Source: a virus. Taken from it: a stretch of 64,000 bases of DNA. Shown one piece after another: positions 20,900-30,896 of this stretch; the first letter of the stretch is position 1, and the number at the start of each line of letters is the position of its first letter. The stretch lies in the IMG/VR virus record IMGVR_UViG_3300044632_001319; one strand, 5' to 3'. The notes beneath the pieces were generated by a model. The model was not told where the DNA came from and ran no database searches. It saw only the letters and a list, made by a program, of their open reading frames with translations. The position numbers were made by a program, and so were the translations under genes.

Positions 20900-22417
20900 A
20901 TGAATGCTACAATTTATAATGCTGATTATTTTGGTTTTGGTCCTATAGACTTAGATTTTCCATGTGAAATACATTTTACACGATTTGGAAATACTGATTC
21001 TGCGTTACATTTCAAATACAATAAATTAGAACCAGTTTATGATAACATTAATTTTACTAATAATAGTTCATTTAAAGTTTTTGTTTGTTCTAACGAACCT
21101 TCAACTTCTACTAATAGAGAAACAAATGTTAATATTATTACAAATTCTAATCAATATGATTTAATATTAACTTCTGAAGAAGAAATAATCAATAACTGTG
21201 ATAATGCTGTATTTTTTCCATATGGTGGAACTTGGTTAAATAAAAAGAAAGAAAATCATTTAGATTCGTTAGGTGTATTTGATGAATCACAAATACCAAT
21301 TCTTAATAAAGAATATAATGTATCTTTTTTATCAACATCACATCTAGGAAAAATAGGATACAATTTAAGATGTATGATTTGGAATCAAAGAAATAAAATT
21401 GAATTGAATACTAAATTTTATTCTAGTACAAGACATCCAACAAATACATTAAATTTTTCAAATACATTACATGATGGATTAATACCAAATGACGATAAAA
21501 TCAATTTGTTTAATTCTATGTTTAGTATTGCTGTAGAAAGTAGTTACGAAAAAAACTACTTTACAGAAAAACTAATTGATTGTTTGTTAACAAAAACAGT
21601 TCCTATTTATTGGGGATGTCCTAATATCAGTGATTTTTTCGATGATCGTGGAATTATATCGTTTAAAACATATGAAGAATTTTTAATAAAGATAAATTCT
21701 ATAAATGAAAAAACTTATAATGAAATGAAACCATATATTGATGCTAATTATGAAAAAGCAAAAGAATATGGTAGAGATTTATTTCACAGAGTAAAAGAAC
21801 AAATAATAAAATATAGAAATGAAAAATTATCTAAAACTGATATTTTATGGACAATAGGAATATTGACAGTTCCTGAAAGAAAAGATAAGTTATCAAGATT
21901 AATCAAAAAGATAGACGATCAAGTTCTAGTTAGCATTGCAAATAGAATTGAATTGATTATTGTTAGTGATGATAAAACTAGAACTGTTGGTGATAAAAGA
22001 AATGAAGTTTTGGACAAAGCAAATGGCAAATATGTATGTTTTATTGATGACGACGACTTGATATCACCAAATTACATTCCTAAAATTTTTAATAAATTGC
22101 ATAAAGAAATATATGATGGAATTGGATTTTGGGGTATGTACTATGTTTCAGAAAACCCTACAATGTTGTTCAATCATGCAAACATAAATAATGGACACTT
22201 CAAGAAAGATGGAAAGCAATATCGTCCATTAAATCATTTAAATCCAGTAAGAACTGAAATTGCAAAAGCAATTAGATTCCCTGATAAAAATTATGCTGAA
22301 GATTCGGATTATTGTGATCGTTTGTTGGAATCAGGTTTAGTGAAAAGTGAGTATAATTTTGATGAAGTCATGTACCATTACTTGTGGTCGCCACAAGAAA
22401 CATTAACACAAAAATGA
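20900..22417 (+). CDS. GT10 + GT2 fusion glycosyltransferase
   Basis: FSIAVE..NYFTEKLIDC..TVPIYWG, followed by GDKRN...GKYVCFIDDDD...AEDSDY. Confidence 0.75.
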   Translation: MNATIYNADYFGFGPIDLDFPCEIHFTRFGNTDSALHFKYNKLEPVYDNINFTNNSSFKVFVCSNEPSTSTNRETNVNIITNSNQYDLILTSEEEIINNCDNAVFFPYGGTWLNKKKENHLDSLGVFDESQIPILNKEYNVSFLSTSHLGKIGYNLRCMIWNQRNKIELNTKFYSSTRHPTNTLNFSNTLHDGLIPNDDKINLFNSMFSIAVESSYEKNYFTEKLIDCLLTKTVPIYWGCPNISDFFDDRGIISFKTYEEFLIKINSINEKTYNEMKPYIDANYEKAKEYGRDLFHRVKEQIIKYRNEKLSKTDILWTIGILTVPERKDKLSRLIKKIDDQVLVSIANRIELIIVSDDKTRTVGDKRNEVLDKANGKYVCFIDDDDLISPNYIPKIFNKLHKEIYDGIGFWGMYYVSENPTMLFNHANINNGHFKKDGKQYRPLNHLNPVRTEIAKAIRFPDKNYAEDSDYCDRLLESGLVKSEYNFDEVMYHYLWSPQETLTQK

Positions 22418-23151
22418 ATAAACTTTATATTAGACAATATGCTGGACTCGGAGATATTTTTTTTCTACAAAAACTAGTAAATAATTTTATAGATTTAGGT
22501 TATGATGAAATAATCTGGCCAGTTATTAAACATTATGAATATTTAAAAGAATATAATGAAAATGAAAAAATAAAGTATATTTCAATAGATTCTATGAGTG
22601 ATGAACTACAAAACTTGTATTTGCAGAATACAATTTCTAAAGTAAATGATACTAGTTTATATCTCCCAATAGATAAACTTTGTCATGTTGAAGGAAATTG
22701 TAATAATTTTATGGAACAAAAATATCATTCATTTCAGTTAAATTTTAATGATTGGCAAAAATATTGTAAATTTAAAAGATACCCAGAGCGAGAAAATAAA
22801 TGTAGAGAATATTTTGGCATCGATAAGGGGGATAAATTTATATTTGTTAATAATATTTTTGCTTCTCCTCCAGAAACTTATATTAGAGAGATGAATTATT
22901 CTACTAATTTTAAAATAGTTGAACACAAACTAGAGCATTTGAATATGTTTAAATTTTTTGATTTTTCATGGTTATTGGAAAATGCAGAAGAAATTCATAC
23001 TGTAGAAACTTCATTATGTTACTTGATTGAATGTTTAGATACAAAAGCTTCTTTGAATTTATATTCGAGAAAAATAAATGGATATAATCAATATTTAAAT
23101 TTTGATTATATTAAAAATATTTACAAAAAAGAATGGAATAAAATATTATGA
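22414..23151 (+). CDS. putative GT-B glycosyltransferase
   Basis: RQYAGLGDIFF N-terminus, LENAEEIHTVETS; island context. Confidence 0.5.
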   Translation: MNKLYIRQYAGLGDIFFLQKLVNNFIDLGYDEIIWPVIKHYEYLKEYNENEKIKYISIDSMSDELQNLYLQNTISKVNDTSLYLPIDKLCHVEGNCNNFMEQKYHSFQLNFNDWQKYCKFKRYPERENKCREYFGIDKGDKFIFVNNIFASPPETYIREMNYSTNFKIVEHKLEHLNMFKFFDFSWLLENAEEIHTVETSLCYLIECLDTKASLNLYSRKINGYNQYLNFDYIKNIYKKEWNKIL

Positions 23152-23519
23152 TGGTAGAAGTTTCAGTTGGTGAAGTAATTGATAAATATACTATTTTAGA
23201 AATCAAGGAAGAACATATTACAGATTCTTCCAAGTTAAGTAATATCAAAAAAGAAAAATTTATAATTCAAAAAGAACTTGAAAAGATGAATTATCTTAAT
23301 AAGTTTGCTTCTGAAATAGCAGAACTGAAAGATATTAATTCACATTTGTGGAAGATTGAAGATGACATCAGAATCAAAGAATCAAGATTAGAATTCGATG
23401 AAGAATTTATTGAACTTGCACGATCTGTCTATATGACAAATGATCGTAGATTTGCTGTCAAGAATCGAATTAATACGTTATCAAATTCAAATATTAAAGA
23501 AGAAAAGTCGTATTCTTAA
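23148..23519 (+). CDS. DUF6165-like protein
   Basis: VSVGEVIDKYTILEIK...LWKIEDDIR...LARSVY..ND.R...K..IN...EEKSY. Confidence 0.7.
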   Translation: MMVEVSVGEVIDKYTILEIKEEHITDSSKLSNIKKEKFIIQKELEKMNYLNKFASEIAELKDINSHLWKIEDDIRIKESRLEFDEEFIELARSVYMTNDRRFAVKNRINTLSNSNIKEEKSYS

Positions 23520-23536
23520 TACAATATGGATTCATT

Positions 23537-24184
23537 ATGCCCAATAATAGAGAAGAACATATAAATTATACGAGAAGAGAATGGGAAACTTGGTCAATTT
23601 TTAAATTTATTCTTGATAAATTGAATAATTTGAATATAAAGACTGTTGTTGATCTTGGAGCAAATGTTGGAGAAGTCTCTAATGTATTTTTTGAGAAGAT
23701 ACCATCAATAGAAAATTTATATCTGTTTGAACCACAAAATGATAATTTTAACTTTATCTTCGATAGATTTCAAAATAATTCAAAATTTAAATTATTTAAA
23801 TATGGAATTTATTATGGTAAGGAACAATCAAACTTGTATAGACAAGATTCAAATGTTGGTGGATACTCCGTAGAAAAAAATATAATAGAAGAATATGAGA
23901 CTGTAGATCTTAAACCTTTAGAATATTTTAATATTAAAAATATTGATTTTATAAAAATTGATATCGAAGGTGCTGAATATAATGTTTTGCAAAATTCAAC
24001 TATTTTGAAAGAAATTCCATATGTGCTGGTAGAAGCACATCCACATGGATTTGATTTGTCGATATTGAATAAAATAAATTTGCATCAATATTTTTTAAAT
24101 TATTTAACTGAACATCTTAATACACACGATTTGATTTATTGCGATTCTGTTCAATATCAATATTTTTTGGAGAAAAAGAAATGA
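23537..24184 (+). CDS. FkbM-family methyltransferase
   Basis: DLGANVG, FEP, IKIDIEGAEY. Confidence 0.85.
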   Translation: MPNNREEHINYTRREWETWSIFKFILDKLNNLNIKTVVDLGANVGEVSNVFFEKIPSIENLYLFEPQNDNFNFIFDRFQNNSKFKLFKYGIYYGKEQSNLYRQDSNVGGYSVEKNIIEEYETVDLKPLEYFNIKNIDFIKIDIEGAEYNVLQNSTILKEIPYVLVEAHPHGFDLSILNKINLHQYFLNYLTEHLNTHDLIYCDSVQYQYFLEKKK

Positions 24185-24963
24185 AAGTATTAGATATTGT
24201 TTTACAGGGCCCTATATGGAAAACTACAGTGGATACTGCAAAGTATTATCTGGAATTGCCATTTGTCAATAAAGTTATTATATCCACTTGGGATGATGAA
24301 CCCATTAATGAATATAATGAAAATGGTATAGAAGTTATAAAATCAAATAAACCTGTTAATGGAGTTGGTAATATGAATTACCAAATAGTTTCTTCGTTTG
24401 AAGGAATTAAAAAAACAGAGTCCAAACTTGTAGCAAAAATGAGATCTGATCAAATAATTCATAAAGACAGTATGAATTATCTTAACAATTTTATAACTGA
24501 TAATATAGATGATACTGATTTAATGTATTCTGATGGATCAAAAAGAAAAGGAAATGTATTTGTGATAGGAATGAATAAAATATTTCCATTCCATCCACAA
24601 GACCATATCTTTTGGGGATATAGGGAAGATGTTTATAGGGTGTTTGATATACCACTAAAACCAGCAAGGATGAAAAGAGACACGGCAGATTTCACAAAAG
24701 AAGTGCGATGTAACATTTATTTGGGAGCAATGTATTTTAAGCAGTTTTATCCAGAAGTGGAAAAGTATATTGATAATTTTGAAGATTATTTGGTAGACAA
24801 TCCAAAAAAGTTAGATGCTCTAATCCTGTCAGAAAAAACAAGAGATAAAGTTTTTAAAGTTCTTCCTAAATTTAGTATGTTTTGGGAGAAATATAAATGG
24901 GATGCATATCCATATTCTTGGTATGGGTCTATGGGTGAATACTATTATGAAGATTTAAAATGA
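24181..24963 (+). CDS. WavE-like lipopolysaccharide synthesis protein
   Basis: IVLQGP, VIISTW, QIVSSFEG, KMRSD, DHIFWG. Confidence 0.7.
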   Translation: MKVLDIVLQGPIWKTTVDTAKYYLELPFVNKVIISTWDDEPINEYNENGIEVIKSNKPVNGVGNMNYQIVSSFEGIKKTESKLVAKMRSDQIIHKDSMNYLNNFITDNIDDTDLMYSDGSKRKGNVFVIGMNKIFPFHPQDHIFWGYREDVYRVFDIPLKPARMKRDTADFTKEVRCNIYLGAMYFKQFYPEVEKYIDNFEDYLVDNPKKLDALILSEKTRDKVFKVLPKFSMFWEKYKWDAYPYSWYGSMGEYYYEDLK

Positions 24964-25691
24964 TTTCATTTAATGGTCACTCTGGATGCTCTATAAAGAT
25001 GTTATCGGATGGTATTGTCAGAAAAACATCATCCAATACTGATTATAACAGTAGATTACAAAATCAGATGTTAAAGCAAAAACAGTTTTATCATCCAGTT
25101 ATAAGGACAACGGATATAGTTGATTGTGGTTATAATTCAGATGGATTATTTTATTTTGATATGAAATATATTCGTGGTGTAAATCTATCGATATATTTTC
25201 AACAAAATACTTTAAATTCTTGCATGAAAATAATAGATTTGTTTTCTAGTTTTAATACTGAAAACCAAATTGATATTAGTGACGCAATTAATAAAAAAAT
25301 AAGAACTATTAATATTGATGAAGAATCATTGAAATTAATTACAGATCAAAGATGGACGGTATCTAGTGGATATTGTCATGGTGATTTGACATTCGAAAAT
25401 GTTCTGATAAATAGTGATGGTGTCTATCTTATAGATTTTTTAGATTCTTTTGTCGAATGTCCAATTATTGATGAATCTAAATTGTTGCAAGATTCTTTTT
25501 GTTATTGGTCATTTAAAAACAATATTCCAAAAAGAAAACTTATTACGGTTTGTGATAAGTTTGACACCAGACAACACTATTGTATGTTGTTGTTGCATTT
25601 ATTTAGAATAATACCATATGCAAATGCAGCAAAGAAAGAAAATTTATTATGTATGATAAATCGAGTGAAGACCAAAATAAACCAATTTTAA
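24960..25691 (+). CDS. APH/choline-kinase-like phosphotransferase
   Basis: GHSG loop, CHGDLTFEN, LIDF. Confidence 0.75.
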   Translation: MISFNGHSGCSIKMLSDGIVRKTSSNTDYNSRLQNQMLKQKQFYHPVIRTTDIVDCGYNSDGLFYFDMKYIRGVNLSIYFQQNTLNSCMKIIDLFSSFNTENQIDISDAINKKIRTINIDEESLKLITDQRWTVSSGYCHGDLTFENVLINSDGVYLIDFLDSFVECPIIDESKLLQDSFCYWSFKNNIPKRKLITVCDKFDTRQHYCMLLLHLFRIIPYANAAKKENLLCMINRVKTKINQF

Positions 25692-26719
25692 TAATACCAG
25701 CTGCTGGAAAGTCATCTAGATTTCAAAATATGAAACCAAAATGGATGCTTACACATCCATCTGGAAAATTAATGATTGAAAAAGTAGTAGAAGGATTATC
25801 TATTAATGATTATTCTATGATCTATTTTGTAGTTTTGAAAGAGCATTGTCAAAAATATGAGGCAGATGTAATATTGAAACAATGTTTTCATAACATATCA
25901 CATAAAGTGGTAATACTGGAAGAGTCTACAAACAGTAGTCCAGAAACTGTATATAATTGTTTAATAAAAGAAAATATTAGTGGATCAATAGTAGTAAAGG
26001 ATTGTGATTGTTTAGTATCATATAATAGTCCAAATATGACAAATTTTGTTGTTGGTATAGATGTCAATTCCACTATTAAAAATATTCAACAAAAATCATT
26101 TATATTAGTCAATCAAGACAATATTATACAAGAAATAGTAGAAAAGAAAATAGTTTCTGATAAGATTTGTCTTGGGGTGTATGGGATGAATTCTTATAAT
26201 TTTATAAAATCATTTTTTCGCTTGAATCAAACTATAGGAACAGAATTATATTTTAGTCATATAATTTCAGACATTATTGATACTGATAATAAAGTTTTTG
26301 TTGAGATAGATGCAACAGAATTTATAGATTGGGGAACTAAAGAAGAATGGTTTTCTTCGGCAAACCTTAAAAATACATATTTTGTAGACATTGATGGTGT
26401 CATGTTGGTAAATACTGGAAAATACGGAAGTAAAAATTGGTATAATACAATAGAACCTATAGAACAAAATATATCAACAATCAAACAGTTATCGGATGAA
26501 GGTCATGAAATTATTTTTGTAACTTCAAGACCTTTCGATGCACTTCAAAAATTTAAAGATCTATTGAAGAATAGAAATATAAAATATAAAACTATAATTG
26601 ATTCGTGTCTACATTCTAAACGAATCATCATTAATGATTTTGCAGCAAGTAATCCATTTCCAAGTTGCTTGGCAATAAATATTCCAAGAGATGAACTTAT
26701 TGAATCTTATTTGAGGTAA
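25649..26719 (+). CDS. nucleotidyltransferase-like + HAD-like fusion
   Basis: IIPAAGKSSRF...PKW, DCD, DWGT, then DIDG, TSR, IIND. Confidence 0.75.
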   Translation: MYDKSSEDQNKPILIIPAAGKSSRFQNMKPKWMLTHPSGKLMIEKVVEGLSINDYSMIYFVVLKEHCQKYEADVILKQCFHNISHKVVILEESTNSSPETVYNCLIKENISGSIVVKDCDCLVSYNSPNMTNFVVGIDVNSTIKNIQQKSFILVNQDNIIQEIVEKKIVSDKICLGVYGMNSYNFIKSFFRLNQTIGTELYFSHIISDIIDTDNKVFVEIDATEFIDWGTKEEWFSSANLKNTYFVDIDGVMLVNTGKYGSKNWYNTIEPIEQNISTIKQLSDEGHEIIFVTSRPFDALQKFKDLLKNRNIKYKTIIDSCLHSKRIIINDFAASNPFPSCLAINIPRDELIESYLR

Positions 26720-26721
26720 TT

Positions 26722-27717
26722 ATGAATATAATGGTCACAGGAGCAGCAGGTGGTATTGGATCTACTGTTTGTAATTCTTTAGATTTCCATGGTCATAAAT
26801 TGACTATGATTGATAATTTAGAATATGGTTATATAGAAAATATAAAATACAATAGACAATATGATAATTTTTACAAATATGATATTCGCGAATTGAATCC
26901 AAATAAGTTTCAACCAACCATAGAATATGATGCTATTTTGCATTTGGCAGCAATCACATCACTACCAGAATGTGAAAACAATGTTCAAAAAACTATTTCG
27001 GTCAATTTAGAGGGAACTGCTAATATTTTAGAATTTGCCAGAAAACGAAATATTCCTTATGTGTTTTTTACTAGCACCAGTGCTGTTTATGAAAATAATA
27101 AACAAGACACATTAGAGGAATCATATCCAGTATCTCCTAGACTTTGGTATTCTTTATCTAAAAAAATGTCTGAAGATTTGTGTGAATCGTATAGAAATAA
27201 TTATGGGATGACGATAACCACTGCTAGATTGTTTAATGTTTTTGGACCAAAACAGGATATGTATAGAAAAAATCCACCATTAATAAATTATCTTGTTAGG
27301 GAATTTATTAATAATAGACAACCTATTTTGCATTCAACTGGATTACAACGAAGAGATTATATAAACATTGATGATGTTATTGGATTTTTAAATTCTTGTT
27401 TGGTAAAACAACCAAATATGATTTTAAATGTTTGTACTGGTAAAACAATAACAGTTCGAGATATAGTTGATATTGTTAGAAAGACTTTAAATGTAAAAAT
27501 CGAACCAATATACAGAGATGCAACAATGTTGTGGGATTCATATCCAGAATTATTTTCTGGCAATTATTCTCTGTCGAAAGATGTGGTATTCAGTGAAACT
27601 AATAAAGTATGTAGAGGATCAAATCTTCTAGCACAACAAATACTCGGATGGAAACCTAGTATTGAGATCGATGAATCCATACAACAAACAGTCTTAAAAA
27701 TTAAGGATAATATATGA
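26722..27717 (+). CDS. NAD-dependent sugar epimerase/dehydratase
   Basis: VTGAAGGIG, HLAA, YSLSK, RLFNVFGP, RDYI. Confidence 0.9.
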   Translation: MNIMVTGAAGGIGSTVCNSLDFHGHKLTMIDNLEYGYIENIKYNRQYDNFYKYDIRELNPNKFQPTIEYDAILHLAAITSLPECENNVQKTISVNLEGTANILEFARKRNIPYVFFTSTSAVYENNKQDTLEESYPVSPRLWYSLSKKMSEDLCESYRNNYGMTITTARLFNVFGPKQDMYRKNPPLINYLVREFINNRQPILHSTGLQRRDYINIDDVIGFLNSCLVKQPNMILNVCTGKTITVRDIVDIVRKTLNVKIEPIYRDATMLWDSYPELFSGNYSLSKDVVFSETNKVCRGSNLLAQQILGWKPSIEIDESIQQTVLKIKDNI

Positions 27718-27780
27718 ACATTGATACTGTTGTATGGTTGATTATTCATCAAATTCTAGTCCAAATGCTGATGTTGTCTT

Positions 27781-27788
27781 TATAAATA
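27781..27788 (+). promoter_or_regulatory. T4-type late promoter TATAAATA
   Basis: Exact consensus, intergenic, upstream of an AAGGA RBS. Confidence 0.65.
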
Positions 27789-27808
27789 CAAGAAAGGAAT
27801 TATAGAAT

Positions 27809-28441
27809 ATGAATTTTAACCGTGATCATGGAACAGCGATTCCAAAAAATGATTTCAATCAAAATATTGATTGTGAAAGCATAAAGAATGTTAATACTAG
27901 AATTTTGGGTGGCGGTGCTTCTCAAAATTTTGTTGCATTTAAACTTCTAGAAAACTACATTGCATATGAAAAACCAGAATATGTAGTTGAAATTGGTTCA
28001 CAAAAAGGTGGTCTATCCGTATATCTTGGAACTATTGCATGTGTAGCTGAACAATTTTTATTTCACACATTTGATATCACCAAATCAGATTGGAATAATA
28101 GAGCTCATGAAGGTGCTGGACATTGGTTTGAAAAAATGGAATCAATCTGTCCATTTTGTAAATCATTCGAATCTGATATATTCTCAGAATATTCTTATAA
28201 TTTGATCTTTGAGAATATTAAAAAATATAAAACTTTAATTATATGTGATGGGGGAAATAAAGCTAAAGAAGTTTATATGTATTCTTCTTTACTTAAGAGT
28301 GGTGATATGATTATGGCGCATGATTTTGGACATGAAATTTTTGACCAAAATATCAATTATAACATATTACAACCACATGAACCATTTAATCAAAGATTTA
28401 TTGATAATAAGACTTTATTTAAAACATTTGTGAGAATATAA
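27809..28441 (+). CDS. class I SAM methyltransferase (CmcI/Methyltransf_24-like)
   Basis: VEIGSQKGG, ICDGG, LLKSGDMIMAHD. Confidence 0.7.
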   Translation: MNFNRDHGTAIPKNDFNQNIDCESIKNVNTRILGGGASQNFVAFKLLENYIAYEKPEYVVEIGSQKGGLSVYLGTIACVAEQFLFHTFDITKSDWNNRAHEGAGHWFEKMESICPFCKSFESDIFSEYSYNLIFENIKKYKTLIICDGGNKAKEVYMYSSLLKSGDMIMAHDFGHEIFDQNINYNILQPHEPFNQRFIDNKTLFKTFVRI

Positions 28442-29028
28442 TGAATATTGATTTTGAACTAAAAACCCATTGGTTGTGGGAACATATTTGGGGAAATACA
28501 AATCGACCAGATTGGAAAATGCCAAACATATTTTGTCATATTTTATTTAAATATGCTAATGATATTGGAAGATTGTCTAACATAAATCATGCAATTGAAA
28601 CTGGAACTTATGAGGGAAATAGTTCTATTTGTTTTTCTTATTTATTCGAAACGGTTGACACCATAGAAAAATATCCAGATCATAATCCGTATAAACACAA
28701 ATCATTAATTTCCATTCACAATGATATTAAAAATACAAATCCAAATATTAATTTTCATTATGGAAATAGTCCAGATCATATGAGAGAAATTTTTATTAAA
28801 AATCCAGATACTGATTATTTTATCCTATTAGATGCTCATACTGGCAGGGAATCTCCTGTCATGGAAGAGTTAAAATGTATAAAGGATTATAGTAATAGTA
28901 ATAATCATGTAATAATGATTGATGATTGTAATACAATTTCTGTAGATTATGATAAAGTTCTTGAAATAAATCCAAAATACAATATCATACATACTGGTAT
29001 TGGAAGTGACATAGTTTTAATTTATTGA
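28441..29028 (+). CDS. SAM methyltransferase-like protein
   Basis: IETGTYEG, GNSP, LLDAH, IMIDD. Confidence 0.6.
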   Translation: MNIDFELKTHWLWEHIWGNTNRPDWKMPNIFCHILFKYANDIGRLSNINHAIETGTYEGNSSICFSYLFETVDTIEKYPDHNPYKHKSLISIHNDIKNTNPNINFHYGNSPDHMREIFIKNPDTDYFILLDAHTGRESPVMEELKCIKDYSNSNNHVIMIDDCNTISVDYDKVLEINPKYNIIHTGIGSDIVLIY

Positions 29029-29038
29029 GGCAAATATT

Positions 29039-30058
29039 ATGAAAAAGATTCTTGTACTTGGCGGTGGTGGTTTTATCGGTTCTCATCTTGTAAAACGATT
29101 CAAGAGAGAAGGTCATTGGGTAAGAGTTGTTGATCTTAAATATCCAGAATTTTCAAAATCTCCAGCAGATGATTTTATCATAGGAGATTTGAGACTACAA
29201 CAAATTTGTGATAAGGCATTTGATATTCAGTTTGATGAAGTTTATCAACTAGCAGCAGATATGGGTGGTGCTGGTTATATTTTCACAGGAGAGCACGATG
29301 CTGATATCATGCATAATTCTGCTCTTATTAATTTAAATGTCGTAGAGCGATGCCATAAGACTAAAGTGGGAAAGGTTTTCTACTCGTCTTCGGCATGTAT
29401 GTATCCAGCATACAATCAAGAAGATCCTGACAACCCCAAATGCTCGGAGGAGTCTGCATATCCAGCAGCACCAGATAGCGAGTATGGTTGGGAAAAACTA
29501 TTCAGCGAAAGACTATATCTCGCATATGCTCGCAATCACGGAATGAGGGTTAGAATTGCTCGTTATCACAACATCTTTGGACCAGAAGGAACATGGCAGG
29601 GTGGAAAAGAAAAAGCACCAGCAGCAATGTGTAGAAAGGTAGCAGAAGCAAATAATAGTTCAATGATTGAGGTATGGGGAGATGGACAACAAACACGATC
29701 ATTCTTATACATCGATGACTGTATTGATGCTACAATTCGACTTATGAATTCAGATTGTACAGTTCCAGTTAATATTGGTTCTGAGGAAATGATCAAGATT
29801 AATGATCTGGCAGAAATGGCAATTGAAATATCTGGAAAAAATATTGATATTAAAAATGTAAAGGGACCAGTTGGGGTTCGTGGAAGAAATTCAGATAATA
29901 AATTATTTAATAGAATGGTTGGATCTCCAAATTATCGTTCACTTCGTGTTGGTATGGAAACAACCTATGATTGGATAGAAACACAAGTTTTAAATCGAAA
30001 TAAAAAAGAATATTGTAGTTCTGCTCAAATGGATGTAGAAGACCGTTTTCGTAGATGA
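29039..30058 (+). CDS. GDP-mannose 3,5-epimerase-like SDR
   Basis: GGGGFIGSH, LAADMGGAGYI, SSACMYP, YGWEK, GGKEKAPAAMCRK, VRGRNSDN. Confidence 0.85.
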   Translation: MKKILVLGGGGFIGSHLVKRFKREGHWVRVVDLKYPEFSKSPADDFIIGDLRLQQICDKAFDIQFDEVYQLAADMGGAGYIFTGEHDADIMHNSALINLNVVERCHKTKVGKVFYSSSACMYPAYNQEDPDNPKCSEESAYPAAPDSEYGWEKLFSERLYLAYARNHGMRVRIARYHNIFGPEGTWQGGKEKAPAAMCRKVAEANNSSMIEVWGDGQQTRSFLYIDDCIDATIRLMNSDCTVPVNIGSEEMIKINDLAEMAIEISGKNIDIKNVKGPVGVRGRNSDNKLFNRMVGSPNYRSLRVGMETTYDWIETQVLNRNKKEYCSSAQMDVEDRFRR

Positions 30059-30228
30059 AAAAGAATAATAAAATTTACTACTTGATTGGATATCTTGACG
30101 GGTATCCAATTATTTCTATACCAACCTATAAGAAACAATTCAATAGAAATAAATTAATAAAAAATTATTCTCTAGATAAAAATGTTAAATTTAAAATACA
30201 AACTAAAGATGTTTTTATTGGTTGGTAA
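30055..30228 (+). CDS. small hypothetical protein (57 aa)
   Basis: ATGA overlap with the upstream stop and fills the gap; below the ORF-track cutoff. Confidence 0.35.
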   Translation: MKKNNKIYYLIGYLDGYPIISIPTYKKQFNRNKLIKNYSLDKNVKFKIQTKDVFIGW

Positions 30229-30246
30229 ACTTATAAGGACTATAAT

Positions 30247-30852
30247 ATGACTTGGAAAAATTCACAAGGCGGATACTCACAATATGGAGAAGATTTAATC
30301 TTAAAAGAAATATTATCAGAAAATGGATATTTTTTAGAAATAGGTTCTTTTTGTCCATTTATATTTTCAAATACAAGATTTTTAGTGGATCGTGGATGGG
30401 GTGGATGCTATGTAGATGGATGTTCATTTGCTATTGGACGTTTTATTCAAGAATATAAAGATAATGACAAAATTAAAATTGTACAGGCACTCATAGGAGA
30501 TGCTGACAGATTTATCAAATTTTATAATAGTATTACTGATGCAATTTCGTCTACAGATATAAATCATGCTGATAAATGGAAAAAAAGTGGTTCTCAATTC
30601 AGAGAAGTCTATACTGTTATGATTAGTATGAATACATTACAAACTATTTTACCACCTGTTATTGATTTTATCAACATTGATGTTGAAGGACAAAGTGCTT
30701 ATCTTTCTACATTGATAAATTATGATCAATTACAAACTAAAGTTGTTTGTATAGAACATGATAATTCAATTGATATGATTAATTCTTATATGAGTAAATT
30801 TAATTTTACAGTTCATTATACAAATGCTACAAATATAATCTATAAGAGATAA
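30247..30852 (+). CDS. FkbM-family methyltransferase
   Basis: YSQYGED, LEIGS...SNT..L...GWGG, IDFINIDVEG. Confidence 0.82.
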   Translation: MTWKNSQGGYSQYGEDLILKEILSENGYFLEIGSFCPFIFSNTRFLVDRGWGGCYVDGCSFAIGRFIQEYKDNDKIKIVQALIGDADRFIKFYNSITDAISSTDINHADKWKKSGSQFREVYTVMISMNTLQTILPPVIDFINIDVEGQSAYLSTLINYDQLQTKVVCIEHDNSIDMINSYMSKFNFTVHYTNATNIIYKR

Positions 30853-30896
30853 AACTATTTTATAAATTAACCTAAATACAATAAAGGATTTATACA

